A stretch of DNA of 64,000 bases from Enterococcus alcedinis (GCF_014635985.1 NZ_BMDT01000001.1:157293-221292), one strand, 5' to 3'; positions 19,175 to 30,747 are shown, numbered from the stretch's first letter. Notes: a model not told the origin generated them from the letters alone. A program made the numbers and translations.

Positions 19175-20017
19175 ATGAGAAAACTTAAAATCGTGACGGA
19201 TTCATCTTGTACAATGGATCCTAAATTAATTAATCAGCTGGAGATTAATGTTGTACCCCTATCGGTGATGATTAATGATACTATTTATACAGATGATGAA
19301 ACACTAGGGGCAGAGAAATTTATGACCCTAATGGCTTCAGCGAAAGATTTGCCAAAAACTAGTCAGCCACCGATTGGCAAATTTGCAGAACTTTATGATG
19401 AACTGGGTGAAGATGGTAGCGACGTGTTATCAATTCATATGACAAAAGCGTTAAGTGGTACAGTAGAAGCTGCGAGACAAGCAAGTCAATTATCAAAGAC
19501 ACATGTCGTTGTGATTGATTCTGATACGACGGATCAAGCCTTATCTTTTGCAGTCATTAAGGCAGCCGAATTAGCACAAGCCGGTCAAAGCTTAGAAGAG
19601 GTCTTACCGGTTGTTGAAAATATCTTGGCTCACACGAAGTTATATATTGGTCTATCTTCGCTCGAAAATTTAGTTAAAGGTGGCCGAATTAGTCGTGCAC
19701 AAGGCATGTTGTCAAGTTTCTTAAATATGCGTGTTGTAATGGAACTAAAGAATGCTGAGTTGGTTCCGTTAATCAAAGGGCGGGGAAACAAAACTTTTTC
19801 TAAGTGGTTTGAAGGGTTTAAAGAAGAATTAAATCAGACTCCAAATCTTAAACAAGTCGCAATATCTTATGCTGGAGATGCTGAACCATGGCAAAAATAT
19901 GCAGATGTACTTCGAGAAGCTTTCCCACAAGTGAATGTAACAATCTTTCATACAACACCAGTGATTGCGACTCATACAGGCAGTGGAGCATTTGCAATGA
20001 TGTACTATTCTGAATAA
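19175..20017 (+). CDS. DegV-family fatty-acid-binding protein.
   Basis: KIVTDSSCTM…PKTSQPP…GTVEAA motifs are typical of DegV/EDD-fold proteins. Confidence 0.85.
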   Translation: MRKLKIVTDSSCTMDPKLINQLEINVVPLSVMINDTIYTDDETLGAEKFMTLMASAKDLPKTSQPPIGKFAELYDELGEDGSDVLSIHMTKALSGTVEAARQASQLSKTHVVVIDSDTTDQALSFAVIKAAELAQAGQSLEEVLPVVENILAHTKLYIGLSSLENLVKGGRISRAQGMLSSFLNMRVVMELKNAELVPLIKGRGNKTFSKWFEGFKEELNQTPNLKQVAISYAGDAEPWQKYADVLREAFPQVNVTIFHTTPVIATHTGSGAFAMMYYSE

Positions 20018-20023
20018 TAAACT

Positions 20024-20058
20024 AGCTGTGACCAATTGATTGTCGCAGCTCTTTTTTT
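20024..20058 (+). terminator. Rho-independent terminator after degV.
   Basis: agctgtgac…gtcgcagct stem followed by TTTTTTT. Confidence 0.6.
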
Positions 20059-20168
20059 CAAACTTTTTAATAAAAAGCTAAAATTATGACTGATAAGTCT
20101 TATTTAAGCGGATAATCCTTCATAATCTGTTAAAATAACAATAAAAACAACAGAAAGGCGGGAGGAAA

Positions 20169-21050
20169 ATGAATTTTAATCGGTTATTGAAAACAGTCTT
20201 CCTAACAGGATTGTTAATCTTGCTTAGTTTTTCATTTTTTAATGTGCTTATCCCGACAGCTACTTCACGTTTGGATATGAAGCCAAAAGAAATAATAAGC
20301 CCACAAAAACAAAGGATTCAACTTGTTGCGGTTGGTGATTCACTCACGCAAGGAGTAGGCGATGAAACGAATAAAGGTGGATTTGTCCCTTTACTCGCCA
20401 ATAGCTTGGAAACAAAATTTCCAGTCAATCCTGTTGAAATCGAAAATTTTGGTGTTTCGGGTAATCGTAGTCCACAGATTTTAAAACGTGTTAAATCGGA
20501 TGAAAAATTGCAGAAAAATTTAGAAACAGCTGATATTATTACGTTAACGGTGGGTGGAAATGACTTAATGCGCGTCATTCAAAATAATATTCTAGGTTTG
20601 TCTGTGGATACATTTAAAAAACCTGGTGAAAAATATCAAAAAAACTTGCAAGAATTATTGGATGAGATTCGAACGTACAATTCGAAAGCCCCCATTTATG
20701 TTTTAGGAATTTATAATCCATTTTATATTTATTTTCCAGAAATCACTGAAATGCAAGAGATTGTCAATAATTGGAATCGTTTGACAGAATCGGTTGTTGA
20801 TCAAGAAGATCAGACGTATTTCGTACCGATTAATGATTTGATTTATCAAGGGATTTTTGATACGAACGATGCGACTGTTGAAGAAGAGGTAGATGCTTCA
20901 ACGCTAAATGATTTACGTAATAACGCGCTTTATGAAGAAGATAAATTTCATCCCAATTTTAACGGGTATCAATTAATTTCTATGGCATTTTTAGAAAAAA
21001 TAACAGAAACATCGGATGACTGGTTGACGGAGGTAGAAAGAGATGAGTAA
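20169..21050 (+). CDS. Secreted SGNH/GDSL-family hydrolase (YpmR-like).
   Basis: Signal/TM sequence, then the GDSL block I motif LVAVGDSLTQG and block III (GGND). Same order as the B. subtilis ypmR-ypmS pair. Confidence 0.7.
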   Translation: MNFNRLLKTVFLTGLLILLSFSFFNVLIPTATSRLDMKPKEIISPQKQRIQLVAVGDSLTQGVGDETNKGGFVPLLANSLETKFPVNPVEIENFGVSGNRSPQILKRVKSDEKLQKNLETADIITLTVGGNDLMRVIQNNILGLSVDTFKKPGEKYQKNLQELLDEIRTYNSKAPIYVLGIYNPFYIYFPEITEMQEIVNNWNRLTESVVDQEDQTYFVPINDLIYQGIFDTNDATVEEEVDASTLNDLRNNALYEEDKFHPNFNGYQLISMAFLEKITETSDDWLTEVERDE

Positions 21051-21711
21051 TGAGTCGCAAGAAAAAAAAGTTAAAAAGATTAACTGGCGCAAAATAAATG
21101 GTTGGAAAATCGCCTTTATTGTCTTATTCAGCCTTCTAATGGGGAGTAGTTTAGTTATCGTGAATCGTATGACTCAAGAACGAGAAGATCTTTCAACTCT
21201 TGCTAAAAATGAACTTGCATTAGCAGGGGAACCTTTATTGGATATTCGAAGTCAAAAAGCACAAATTAATAAAATTGTGTCGGTTTACCTAGAAGATTTA
21301 CAAAAGGATAGTAAAAAAGGGCAAGATCAAAATTATCAATTTATTTTGAAAAATGAAGCATTGATTTCAGGGGAATTCGATTTATTAGGCTTTCCCTTGC
21401 GATTTTATTTATACTTGAATCCATTTGTGATGGATGATGGGAATGTTCAATTGAAGGCTAAAAGTCTATCGGTAGGTGCATTAAATCTACCAATCGCTCA
21501 GGTCTTAAGGATGATTGCTAAAGCACCTCAAATACCAAAGTGGGTAGAAGTTGATCCGAAGTCGGAAGTCATCGTTTTACGATTAGATCAATTTCAATTA
21601 TCGAATGGTCTTTATTTACGAGCTAAAAAAATTAATTTAGTTGAAGATGAAATTGAATTTAGCATTTACTTGGCAGAAAAATCAACTTCAGCTGAAAAAA
21701 GTAAGGAGTAG
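21043..21711 (+). CDS. YpmS-like (DUF2140) membrane-anchored protein.
   Basis: 222 aa with an N-terminal TM segment. Overlaps the upstream gene by 8 nt. The conserved position next to the SGNH hydrolase matches ypmS. Confidence 0.5.
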   Translation: MSNESQEKKVKKINWRKINGWKIAFIVLFSLLMGSSLVIVNRMTQEREDLSTLAKNELALAGEPLLDIRSQKAQINKIVSVYLEDLQKDSKKGQDQNYQFILKNEALISGEFDLLGFPLRFYLYLNPFVMDDGNVQLKAKSLSVGALNLPIAQVLRMIAKAPQIPKWVEVDPKSEVIVLRLDQFQLSNGLYLRAKKINLVEDEIEFSIYLAEKSTSAEKSKE

Positions 21712-21717
21712 AAGAAA

Positions 21718-22224
21718 ATGGAACGAGCAATTTTTGCAGGTGGGTGTTTTTGGTGTATGGTTCAACCGTTTGATACCCAACCTGGCATTTATAGTGTGAC
21801 ATCAGGTTATACTGGTGGACATACAGTTAATCCTACGTATGAGGAAGTATGTACGAAAGAAACGGGACATACTGAAGCGATTGAAATTATTTTCGATGAG
21901 AATGTGATCTCTTATCCAGAATTATTAGCGATTTATTGGCAACAAACCGATCCAACAGACGCTTTCGGTCAATTCCAAGATCGAGGGGATAGTTACCGCC
22001 CAGTCATCTATTATTTATCGGAAGAACAAAAGGAACAGGCGGAAATCAGTAAGCAAGCACTTGCTGAAAGTGGACGTTTTGATCAACCAATCGTTACAAC
22101 GATTGAAGCAGCACATCCATTTTATCCAGCTGAAATGTATCATCAGGATTATTATAAAAAAAACCCAGAGAATTATGCTAGAAACCATGCACTACGAGCA
22201 GCATTTTTAGCGGGGAAATGGTGA
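21718..22224 (+). CDS. msrA: Peptide-methionine (S)-S-oxide reductase.
   Basis: Active-site motif AGGCFWC at the N-terminus. Confidence 0.9.
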   Translation: MERAIFAGGCFWCMVQPFDTQPGIYSVTSGYTGGHTVNPTYEEVCTKETGHTEAIEIIFDENVISYPELLAIYWQQTDPTDAFGQFQDRGDSYRPVIYYLSEEQKEQAEISKQALAESGRFDQPIVTTIEAAHPFYPAEMYHQDYYKKNPENYARNHALRAAFLAGKW

Positions 22225-22227
22225 GTA

Positions 22228-22449
22228 ATGAGAAAAACTTTTTATCAATATTTAATGACTTTAAAAGATACAAAAATTCCAACGGAAACAAGTCAACTGG
22301 CTGAAGCAGCGAGTCGTGACTTGCAATTTCCCAAACAAAGCGAAGATTATCACGAAATTTCAGATTATTTAGAGTTAAATACAGATTATTTAGAAAACTT
22401 AACATTATTTGACCAACTTTGGGAAGTTTATCTCGAAGAAAACAACTAA
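22228..22449 (+). CDS. YozE-family (UPF0346) small protein.
   Basis: 73 aa, with close colinearity to B. subtilis YozE (…FY.YL……FP……DYHEIS.YLELN.DYL…). Confidence 0.7.
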   Translation: MRKTFYQYLMTLKDTKIPTETSQLAEAASRDLQFPKQSEDYHEISDYLELNTDYLENLTLFDQLWEVYLEENN

Positions 22450-22475
22450 TAATTAAAAAAGGGGGGATTTTTTTA

Positions 22476-23903
22476 ATGAATAAACACTCGGTTCCGTTTC
22501 ATCGTTACCTCATTTCCTTAGTTTGTGTGGCTATTATTAGTGCGGGCGTTGTTCATTCGTGGATGACCCGATCGGTTTTATCTGACTCGGCATCAAACCA
22601 AGCCGATGAGTTGGTGAAAATTCATGAGTTATATCAAACCATCCAGCAAGATTATTATGAAGAGGTCGATCCAAATGCTTTAATTGAAGGGGCTTTGCAA
22701 GGAATGACGGCGGCTTTAGATGATCCTTATACAACGTATCTAAAGGAAGAGGAATCGACGGAATTAAATGAGATGCTTTCCGGTCAATTTGAGGGAATTG
22801 GTGCGACACTATCGGTAAAAGAAGGGGAACCTGAAATTGTTGAAGAGCCTAAAGAAAACAGTCCAGCTGCCAAAAGTGGGTTGAAGCAAGGGGATCGTAT
22901 TATTAAAGTGGATGGCAAGGAAACAAAAGATCAAGATCTAACGCTTGTTGTCGATCAAATTCGTGGTGAAAAAGGCTCAACGGTTTTATTAACGATTCAA
23001 CGAGAGGAGCAAATATTTGACGTTGAAGTCGTACGTGATACGATTGCTGTCGAATCATTGGCTTTTCAAATTGATCAAGAGAATCCAACGATTGGTAAAA
23101 TCCAAATTTTTAGCTTTAATAGTACCACCGCTAGTGAATTGAAAGGTGCGATTACGGGCTTACGTGATCAAGGTGCAAAATCTTTCGTATTGGATGTTCG
23201 TCAAAATCCAGGCGGTTATTTAGATCAAGTTGAAATCATGGCAAGTATGTTTTTAGAAGATGGCCAAACGATTGTCAAATTTGGTTTGAAAGATGAAATA
23301 ATCGGTGAAACAAAAGCGTCAAAACTACTAGATGATGGCTTTAAAGTCACTGAACCAGTCATCGTATTAGTCGATGGGCAAAGTGCTTCCGCTTCTGAAA
23401 TCTTAGCGGCTGCCTTAAATGAGTCGGCAGGTATTACGACTGTTGGACAGACAACTTTCGGTAAAGGAACCGTTCAAGGAATGAATCATTTTTCAGATCA
23501 AAGTGAATTGAAAATGACCGTACAAAAATGGCTGACACCAAATGGTCAATGGATTGATAAAAAAGGGTTAAAGCCAACGTATGAGATCCCTTATCCAGCT
23601 TATTTTGATTATCCATCGTTAAGTACTTCGGTTGGTTTAAAAATAACCGATGAATCCGAAGCAGTAGGCCATTTGAATGAGTTTCTAACGCTCCTAGGCT
23701 ATTTGAGCGTGCCAAGTAATAAGGTGTTTACGGAAGATACCAAACAAGCGTTAATGGACTTTCAAGAGGAAAATGAATTACCTGTGAGTGGGGAATTAGA
23801 TACTGAGACAGCCTTTGCAATTGAATTTCGTTTGATTGAGCAAGAAAAAGAGACGGATGAAATGTATGAGAAGGCAGTCGAATTATTAATGCAAAACGAA
23901 TAA
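22476..23903 (+). CDS. ctpA: Carboxy-terminal processing protease (S41 family) with PDZ and C-terminal peptidoglycan-binding domains.
   Basis: S41 catalytic region (…VDGQSASASEILA…), PDZ domain, and a C-terminal PG_binding_1-like repeat. Start at MNKHSV with a polyG-rich RBS; the track starts at 22419. Confidence 0.8.
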   Translation: MNKHSVPFHRYLISLVCVAIISAGVVHSWMTRSVLSDSASNQADELVKIHELYQTIQQDYYEEVDPNALIEGALQGMTAALDDPYTTYLKEEESTELNEMLSGQFEGIGATLSVKEGEPEIVEEPKENSPAAKSGLKQGDRIIKVDGKETKDQDLTLVVDQIRGEKGSTVLLTIQREEQIFDVEVVRDTIAVESLAFQIDQENPTIGKIQIFSFNSTTASELKGAITGLRDQGAKSFVLDVRQNPGGYLDQVEIMASMFLEDGQTIVKFGLKDEIIGETKASKLLDDGFKVTEPVIVLVDGQSASASEILAAALNESAGITTVGQTTFGKGTVQGMNHFSDQSELKMTVQKWLTPNGQWIDKKGLKPTYEIPYPAYFDYPSLSTSVGLKITDESEAVGHLNEFLTLLGYLSVPSNKVFTEDTKQALMDFQEENELPVSGELDTETAFAIEFRLIEQEKETDEMYEKAVELLMQNE

Positions 23904-23921
23904 ACGAGAAGGATGAATTCA

Positions 23922-24467
23922 ATGAAATTAAAAAACGCAATTGAATGGTTTTGGCTAATTGTAAAATATACATTAGTAGGGCTGAGTATTGCACTCGTTA
24001 TTCGAGGTTTTTTGTTTATTCCAGTGCCGGTAGAAGGGAATTCGATGCAAAATACTTTGACGCAAGGCGATTTTGTATTAATGGAAAAGTTTACCGATAT
24101 TGAGCGTTTTGACGTAATTGTTTTTCAGATGGCAGATGGAACGACCTATATCAAACGAGTGATTGGAATGCCAGGAGATACGGTTAGTTATCGAGGGGAT
24201 CAATTATTTATTAATGATCAACTAATTGAGGAACCTTTTTTAGCTGAAAATCTGGCACACGATGAAGAGCGGATTCCGTACACAAACGACTTTGAATTTG
24301 AAGAGTTAATGGGTGTGAAAAAATTAGGAAAAGGCAGCTACTTTGTTTTGGGTGATAATCGCCGAATGTCCAAGGATAGTCGTTCGTTTGGGGCAATTTC
24401 AGAAGAAAACATATTAGGTAAAGCTCGTATTGTTTATTATCCATTCAAACGGATACATCTAGTCTAA
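23922..24467 (+). CDS. lepB: Type I signal peptidase.
   Basis: Catalytic Ser box (PVEGNSM) and Lys box (KRVIG), plus GDNRRMSKDSRSFG. The second ATG (23922) is preferred because of RBS spacing. Confidence 0.85.
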   Translation: MKLKNAIEWFWLIVKYTLVGLSIALVIRGFLFIPVPVEGNSMQNTLTQGDFVLMEKFTDIERFDVIVFQMADGTTYIKRVIGMPGDTVSYRGDQLFINDQLIEEPFLAENLAHDEERIPYTNDFEFEELMGVKKLGKGSYFVLGDNRRMSKDSRSFGAISEENILGKARIVYYPFKRIHLV

Positions 24468-24475
24468 AAGTAAAA

Positions 24476-24518
24476 GGTAGCTTCTCTTTTGAAGTTACCT
24501 TTTGTTTTTTTAGAAAAA
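24476..24518 (+). terminator. Rho-independent terminator after lepB.
   Basis: ggtagcttc…gaagttacc stem followed by TTTTGTTTTTTT. Confidence 0.7.
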
Positions 24519-24616
24519 GGACACACCAAAGAAGCAGTCCTTTGAAAATTATGTTACAATATGAGGCGATGTAAAATGACTAAATGAGAAATATATTATG
24601 AAAGTAGGAACATTTA

Positions 24617-25480
24617 ATGACCATCCAATGGTTTCCAGGGCATATGGCGAAAGCTCGCCGAGAAATAAGTGAGAAGTTGAAATTTGTTGATATTATATTT
24701 GAGGTAGTTGATGCACGCTTACCGATTTCATCACGTAACCCAATGTTAGATAAATTGTTACAACAAAAACCACGTCTGGTGCTCATTAACAAATCAGATT
24801 TAGCAGATGCCAAACAGACAAAGTTATGGGAACAATATTTTGTAAAGCAAGGAGCTTTCACGTTAGCAATTAATGCCCATGAAAATAAATGTGTCAAAGA
24901 GATTATTAGTAAAGCTAAAGAGGCGCTAAAAGCTAAAATTGAACGCGATAAAAATCGTGGCTTGAAACCGCGAGCGATTCGTGCGATTGTTATTGGAATT
25001 CCTAACGTCGGAAAATCAACATTGATGAATCGATTAGTAGGAAAGAAAATTGCACAAACAGGCAACAAACCAGGTGTAACTAAAGGACAACAATGGTTAA
25101 AATCAGGTAAAGATTTAGAATTATTAGACACTCCAGGGATTTTATGGCCTCGTTTTGAAAATCAAGAAATTGGTCGAAAGTTGGCTTTAACTGGTGCAAT
25201 TAAAGATCAATTGCTACATCTAGATGATATCGCAATCTATGGATTAGCTTTCTTCGCTCGTTATTATCCGACAGAAGTAATGAGACGCTATGGTTTGACA
25301 AAAGAAGATCTGACCTTACCGGGTCCAGAATTATTGATTCTAATTACCAAAAAATTAGGTTATGGTGAAGAATTTGACCGTGGGAGCGAGCGTGTCATTT
25401 ATGATATTCGCCAAGGGCGATTAGGTACTTATACGTTAGATCGCGCAGATGAAATGAGTGTTGAAGATGGACAAGCCTGA
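24617..25480 (+). CDS. rbgA: Ribosome biogenesis GTPase A (YlqF).
   Basis: MTIQWFPGHMAKA N-terminus. Circularly permuted GTPase motifs (NKSDL … GIPNVGKST). Confidence 0.9.
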   Translation: MTIQWFPGHMAKARREISEKLKFVDIIFEVVDARLPISSRNPMLDKLLQQKPRLVLINKSDLADAKQTKLWEQYFVKQGAFTLAINAHENKCVKEIISKAKEALKAKIERDKNRGLKPRAIRAIVIGIPNVGKSTLMNRLVGKKIAQTGNKPGVTKGQQWLKSGKDLELLDTPGILWPRFENQEIGRKLALTGAIKDQLLHLDDIAIYGLAFFARYYPTEVMRRYGLTKEDLTLPGPELLILITKKLGYGEEFDRGSERVIYDIRQGRLGTYTLDRADEMSVEDGQA

Positions 25481-26237
25481 ATCAATTGCTCAAATCAAAG
25501 TTCGCTTGGCAGAAATACTGGATGAGAAACATCCTTATGTCAAATCTTTGCGCCAAGATACACGTCAAGGTGTGCAAAAATTATTGCAACAGTTTGACAA
25601 AAAAATAGCGAAAGCGCAGCAGCTAGTGAATAAATACCAAGAAATGCACTCTTTTGAAGAAGTGGCATTAAATAATGGCTATCGCTTAATTGCGGGGATT
25701 GATGAGGTCGGTCGCGGTCCGCTAGCAGGGCCAGTTGTAGCTGCTGCAGTTATTTTAGCTCCTGACACGGTTATTTTAGGTTTGAATGACTCAAAGCAAT
25801 TGAGTGCTCAAAATCGTGAAAATTTAGTCAAAGAAATTGAAGAAAAAGCTTTGGCAATTGGAATAGGGGTCATTGAACCTGCGGAAATTGATCGAATAAA
25901 TATTTATCAAGCAAGCAAACAAGCGATGATCGTAGCAGTTGAAAAATTAAGTGTAACACCCGATTATTTACTAATTGATGCGATGAATTTAACATTAGCT
26001 ATCCCTCAAGAAAAGATTATTAAAGGGGATGCTCGTTCGGTTTCAATTGCAGCAGCTAGTATCATTGCTAAAGTTTATCGCGATGATTTGATGGCTGAGT
26101 ATGATCAAAAATATCCTGGTTATGGTTTCACAAATAATGCAGGTTATGGTACAAAAGAACACTTAAATGCATTAGAAAAACAAGGGATTACGCCGATTCA
26201 TCGTCGCAGTTTTTCACCGGTAGCAAATTATGTATAA
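25467..26237 (+). CDS. rnhB: Ribonuclease HII.
   Basis: DEVGRGPLAGPVV active-site region. Candidate starts fall between 25458 and 25467. Overlaps the 3' end of rbgA. Confidence 0.85.
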   Translation: MDKPESIAQIKVRLAEILDEKHPYVKSLRQDTRQGVQKLLQQFDKKIAKAQQLVNKYQEMHSFEEVALNNGYRLIAGIDEVGRGPLAGPVVAAAVILAPDTVILGLNDSKQLSAQNRENLVKEIEEKALAIGIGVIEPAEIDRINIYQASKQAMIVAVEKLSVTPDYLLIDAMNLTLAIPQEKIIKGDARSVSIAAASIIAKVYRDDLMAEYDQKYPGYGFTNNAGYGTKEHLNALEKQGITPIHRRSFSPVANYV

Positions 26238-26304
26238 ACTTTAAAATAGCGACTCACTTTTTGCGAATTTATAGTCAAATAGACGCAGAAAGAGGGTCGT
26301 TTTT

Positions 26305-27177
26305 TTGGATAAAAATAGCGATATGGAAGACTTATTATTGAAATTAGTATACTGTGAAGGCTTAAGTATTGTAGGGAAATGGAAAGTTTTAAAGGTGGCG
26401 TTAAAGCTAGAATATACGAAATTTTCAGTGGAAGAGCTTGTTAAAATAACGAATTATCAAGGAAAAAAAGGAATCTTACAAACGAGCTGGCAAGGGTTAC
26501 AGTTAGAGGAACTTAAGGAGAAATTATCGAATCAAAAAGCGCTATCTTTTTACTCGTCAGACTATCCTGAGTCTTTAAAAAATAGTCATTATCCACCACT
26601 TTTTTTATTTTATGAAGGAAATATCAATTGGTTAAATTATCCCTCGCTTGCAATCGTAGGTGCAAGAGATGCCACGCGATATGCCAATCAAGTGTTGCAA
26701 CGTATTGTTCCGCGCTTAGTTGAAAAAAATCAAGTGATTGTTAGTGGGTTAGCCAAAGGAGTGGATCGCTTTAGCCACGAATTAGCTCTTCGTTCAGGAG
26801 GGAAAACAATTGGTGTGATCGGTTGCGGATTAGATATTTGTTATCCGCGAGAGGTCAGTGATTTATTTTTGGAAATGAAGCAAAATCATTTAGTTCTAAG
26901 TGAATACCCTTTAAATACTCCAATCAAACGTCACCATTTTCCGATGCGCAATCGGATTATTGCAGGTATTTCAGATGGGACGTGCGTGATTGAAGCCAAA
27001 GAACGAAGCGGTTCATTGATCACTGCACAACTAGCTTTGGAAGCAGGCAAAGAAGTTTTTGCGATTCCTGGTGAAATTTTAAGTGGGCAATCCAATGGAT
27101 GTCATCATTTGATCCAAGATGGTGCAAAATGCGTCTATCGAATGGAAGATATTTTAGAGGATTTACCGAAATATTGA
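26305..27177 (+). CDS. dprA: DNA processing protein DprA (Smf).
   Basis: Rossmann-like DprA domain (GLAKGVDRFSHELAL…GGKTIGVIGCGLD). TTG start with RBS AGAGGG. Confidence 0.85.
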   Translation: MDKNSDMEDLLLKLVYCEGLSIVGKWKVLKVALKLEYTKFSVEELVKITNYQGKKGILQTSWQGLQLEELKEKLSNQKALSFYSSDYPESLKNSHYPPLFLFYEGNINWLNYPSLAIVGARDATRYANQVLQRIVPRLVEKNQVIVSGLAKGVDRFSHELALRSGGKTIGVIGCGLDICYPREVSDLFLEMKQNHLVLSEYPLNTPIKRHHFPMRNRIIAGISDGTCVIEAKERSGSLITAQLALEAGKEVFAIPGEILSGQSNGCHHLIQDGAKCVYRMEDILEDLPKY

Positions 27178-27208
27178 TAGAAACGATAAAAAAGATGAAT
27201 ATCCTTTC

Positions 27209-27237
27209 TTGACAAAATATTCTCTTACCGATATGAT
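27209..27237 (+). promoter_or_regulatory. Sigma-A-type promoter upstream of topA.
   Basis: TTGACA, a 17-nt spacer, then TATGAT, about 75 nt upstream of the topA start. Confidence 0.5.
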
Positions 27238-27314
27238 AAGCTACGATTTGTTGTAATCAAACAAATAGACTATTATATAGTAGGAATTTGTTTTTGAAAG
27301 GAGTCAAAAATAGT

Positions 27315-29393
27315 ATGGCTTATAAATATTTAGTAATTGTAGAATCACCTGCAAAAGCAAAAACAATTGAAAAGTACCTTGGAAAAAATTATAAAGTGGT
27401 TGCAAGTGTCGGACACGTCCGGGATTTACCAAAGAGTAAAATGGGAATTGATGTCGAAAACAACTACGAACCGCATTACATCTCAATTCGTGGAAAAGGC
27501 GATGTTATTAAAGGATTACGCTCAGCTGCAAAAAAAGCTGAAAAAGTTTTTCTCGCAAGTGACCCGGATAGAGAAGGGGAAGCCATTGCGTGGCATTTAT
27601 CATTTTTACTCGGTTTGGATTTAAAGGATAAAAACCGCGTTGTTTTCAATGAAATTACAAAAGATGCAGTCAAGGCAGCTTTCAAAGAGCCGCGTTCGAT
27701 TGACGTGGATTTGGTTGATGCACAACAAGCTCGTCGAATTTTAGACCGTTTAGTTGGTTATTCAATTAGCCCCATTTTATGGCGTAAAGTTAAGAAAGGC
27801 TTAAGTGCGGGACGTGTACAATCGATTGCTCTCAAAATGATTGTCGATCGTGAAAAAGCAATTCGTGTCTTTGAACCAGAAGAGTACTGGAGTTTAGATG
27901 GTAATTTCCAAAAAGGTCGTAAGAAATTCAAAGCAAGTTTTTGGGGTGTTGATGGTAAGAAGAAAAAATTACCAAACGCTGCAAGTGTTAAAGAAGTCAC
28001 CGATCGCATTCAATCAAAAGAATATGAAGTGAAAAAAGTTGAGAAAAAAGAACGTAAGCGTCAAGCAGCAGCCCCATTCACGACAAGTAGTTTACAACAA
28101 GAAGCTGCTCGTAAGTTGAATTTCCGGACACGTAAAACGATGATGGTCGCTCAACAGCTATACGAGGGGATTGCTTTAGGTCGTCAAGGGACGGTTGGTT
28201 TAATTACTTATATGCGTACTGATTCAAAGCGTATTTCTGACACTGCCAAAGAAGAAACGGCAGCATTTATTGAAGAGCGTTATGGTAAAGAATTCGTTGC
28301 GCATCAAACGAAAGCCTCAAAAAATACAAAAGGGGCGCAAGATGCCCATGAGGCGATTCGTCCAACGAGTACTTTGCGTACACCAGAAGAATTGGAAAAA
28401 TATTTAGATAAAGATCAAATGAAACTGTATCGTTTAATTTGGTCAAGACTTGTGGCGAGTCAAATGACTCCAGCAGTTTTTGATACGATGAAAGTAACAT
28501 TGGAACAAAATGGTGTGACTTTTATTGCGAATGGCTCAAAAATTAAATTTAAAGGCTTTATGCAAGTTTATGTTGAAAGTCGTGATGATGGGAAAGAAGA
28601 AAAAGATAATATCTTACCAGACTTAGAAGTCGGTGAGATGGTGACTTCGGTTGATATTGAGCCAAAGCAACACTTTACACAACCACCAGCTCGCTTTACC
28701 GAAGCGACACTGATCAAAACATTAGAAGAAAATGGTGTTGGTCGACCGTCAACTTATGCACCAACACTCGAAACTATTCAAAGACGTTATTACGTGAAGT
28801 TAGCGCAAAAACGTTTTGAACCGACCGAGTTGGGTGAAATCGTGAATTCAATTATTGAAGATTTCTTCCCACAAATTATTGATATTCACTTCACAGCAGA
28901 AATGGAAAACAATTTAGATGCGATTTCTGTTGGTAATGAAGAATGGCGAAAAGTCGTCGATCAATTCTATCGACCATTTGAGATTGAACTCGTTAAAGCA
29001 GAGGAAAACATCGAAAAAATTCAAATTAAAGATGAACCAGCTGGTTTTGATTGTGAATTATGTGGGCATCCAATGGTGATTAAATTAGGACGCTACGGCA
29101 AGTTTTATGCTTGTAGTAACTTCCCTGACTGTCGTAACACAAAAGCGATTGTTAAGGAAATTGGTGTTGCTTGTCCGAAATGCCACGAAGGTCAAATTAT
29201 TGAACGTAAATCCAAGAAAAACCGCTTATTTTATGGTTGCAATCGATATCCAGAGTGTGAGTTTGTTTCATGGGATAAACCAATTGGACGAAACTGTCCG
29301 AAATGTGAGCATTACTTAGTTGAAAAGAAAGTTAAAGGCGGTAAACAAATCATCTGTCCAAATGGTGATTACGAAGAAACTGTTCAAAAATAA
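27315..29393 (+). CDS. topA: DNA topoisomerase I.
   Basis: TOPRIM N-terminus ([18 protein letters not shown]), catalytic Tyr region, and three C-terminal C4 zinc ribbons. Start at the ATG at 27315 (RBS AAAGGAG). Confidence 0.95.
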   Translation: MAYKYLVIVESPAKAKTIEKYLGKNYKVVASVGHVRDLPKSKMGIDVENNYEPHYISIRGKGDVIKGLRSAAKKAEKVFLASDPDREGEAIAWHLSFLLGLDLKDKNRVVFNEITKDAVKAAFKEPRSIDVDLVDAQQARRILDRLVGYSISPILWRKVKKGLSAGRVQSIALKMIVDREKAIRVFEPEEYWSLDGNFQKGRKKFKASFWGVDGKKKKLPNAASVKEVTDRIQSKEYEVKKVEKKERKRQAAAPFTTSSLQQEAARKLNFRTRKTMMVAQQLYEGIALGRQGTVGLITYMRTDSKRISDTAKEETAAFIEERYGKEFVAHQTKASKNTKGAQDAHEAIRPTSTLRTPEELEKYLDKDQMKLYRLIWSRLVASQMTPAVFDTMKVTLEQNGVTFIANGSKIKFKGFMQVYVESRDDGKEEKDNILPDLEVGEMVTSVDIEPKQHFTQPPARFTEATLIKTLEENGVGRPSTYAPTLETIQRRYYVKLAQKRFEPTELGEIVNSIIEDFFPQIIDIHFTAEMENNLDAISVGNEEWRKVVDQFYRPFEIELVKAEENIEKIQIKDEPAGFDCELCGHPMVIKLGRYGKFYACSNFPDCRNTKAIVKEIGVACPKCHEGQIIERKSKKNRLFYGCNRYPECEFVSWDKPIGRNCPKCEHYLVEKKVKGGKQIICPNGDYEETVQK

Positions 29394-29421
29394 AACAAAA
29401 CGCGACGATAAGGAGAATCTT

Positions 29422-30747
29422 ATGAAACACGTAAATGTAATTGGAGCCGGATTAGCAGGAAGTGAAGCGGCTTGGCAAATTGCCCAAGCTGGTGTTGCGG
29501 TTCATCTATACGAAATGCGCCCTAAAAAAATGACGGATGCGCATCATACTGAAAATTTTGCTGAATTGGTTTGTTCCAATTCTTTACGAGGGAATAGTTT
29601 AGCCAATGCTGTAGGGGTTTTAAAAGAAGAGATGCGCCGTTTAAATTCAGTCGTGGTTCATTCAGCTGATGAAACAGCTGTGCCAGCAGGAGGGGCTTTA
29701 GCGGTCGATCGTCATGAGTTTTCTGCAGCGATTACGAAAAAAGTGAAAGAACACCCCTTGGTCACTGTTTTTGAAGAAGAAGTAACAGAAATTCCTGAAG
29801 GTGTAACGATTATTGCGACAGGTCCATTGACTTCAGAACCGCTATCAAAGGCGATCCAAGCGTTCAATGGTTCAGAAGGTTTTTATTTCTACGATGCTGC
29901 TGCTCCAATTATTGATAAATCGACGATTGATATGGATAAAGTTTACTTGAAATCACGTTATGATAAAGGTGAAGCGGCGTATTTAAACTGTCCAATGAAT
30001 AAAGAGGAGTTTGAAGCGTTTCGTGAAGCGCTAATTACGGCTGAAGTTGCACCATTAAAAGAATTCGAAAAAGAAATTTTCTTTGAAGGTTGCATGCCGA
30101 TTGAAGTGATGGCAAGTCGCGGACCGAAAACAATGCTATTTGGCCCGATGAAACCCGTTGGTCTGGAAGATCCTAAAACAGACAAACGCCCATACGCGGT
30201 GATTCAGTTACGTCAAGATAATGCCGTTGCCTCTCTTTATAATATTGTTGGTTTCCAAACACACCTTAAGTGGGGCGAACAAAAACGTGTTTTCCGCATG
30301 ATTCCTGGTTTAGAAAATGCTGAAATCGTCCGTTATGGAGTAATGCACCGTAATAGTTTCATGAATTCACCAGAGTTATTACAACAAACGTATCAATCAA
30401 AAAAACGTGATGACCTATTCTTTGCCGGTCAAATGACTGGGGTTGAAGGATACGTTGAAAGTGCGGCAAGCGGTTTATTAGCCGGAATTAATGCGGCCCG
30501 CCTTGTTAAAGGGCAAGAGCCGATTGTTTTACCGCGAGAAATGGCGATGGGAAGCTTGGCTTACTATATTACTCATGCCTCAGGGAAACATTTCCAACCA
30601 ATGAATACGAACTTTGGGTTATTCCCTGAATTACCAGAACGAATTAAAGATAAAAAAACGCGTTATGAAGCGTTAGCGAATCGTGCACTCGATCATCTAG
30701 CAGCGATTCAATCGGAATTAATTGAAACAACAACAATTAATAGCTAA
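29422..30747 (+). CDS. trmFO: Methylenetetrahydrofolate--tRNA-(uracil54-C5)-methyltransferase TrmFO (Gid).
   Basis: FAD-binding [11 protein letters not shown]-terminus. Follows topA as in Bacillus. Start at 29422 (RBS AGGAGA); the upstream part of the track ORF overlaps topA. Confidence 0.9.
   Translation: MKHVNVIGAGLAGSEAAWQIAQAGVAVHLYEMRPKKMTDAHHTENFAELVCSNSLRGNSLANAVGVLKEEMRRLNSVVVHSADETAVPAGGALAVDRHEFSAAITKKVKEHPLVTVFEEEVTEIPEGVTIIATGPLTSEPLSKAIQAFNGSEGFYFYDAAAPIIDKSTIDMDKVYLKSRYDKGEAAYLNCPMNKEEFEAFREALITAEVAPLKEFEKEIFFEGCMPIEVMASRGPKTMLFGPMKPVGLEDPKTDKRPYAVIQLRQDNAVASLYNIVGFQTHLKWGEQKRVFRMIPGLENAEIVRYGVMHRNSFMNSPELLQQTYQSKKRDDLFFAGQMTGVEGYVESAASGLLAGINAARLVKGQEPIVLPREMAMGSLAYYITHASGKHFQPMNTNFGLFPELPERIKDKKTRYEALANRALDHLAAIQSELIETTTINS

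Noticed and set aside
24580-25131. 183-aa ORF antisense to rbgA. Similar antisense ORFs occur at 1526..1732, 12074..12436, 12656..13078, 31839..32276, 39535..39840, 48935..49459 and 56759..57052.
   Set aside because: All lie entirely inside well-supported housekeeping genes on the opposite strand, lack RBSs and have low-complexity translations. They are treated as spurious.
29107-29319. 70-aa ORF at the end of topA, and the 5' extension of the trmFO track ORF (29320..29421).
   Set aside because: Both are alternative-frame readthroughs inside topA. The trmFO start at 29422 has the RBS and the conserved [11 protein letters not shown]-terminus.
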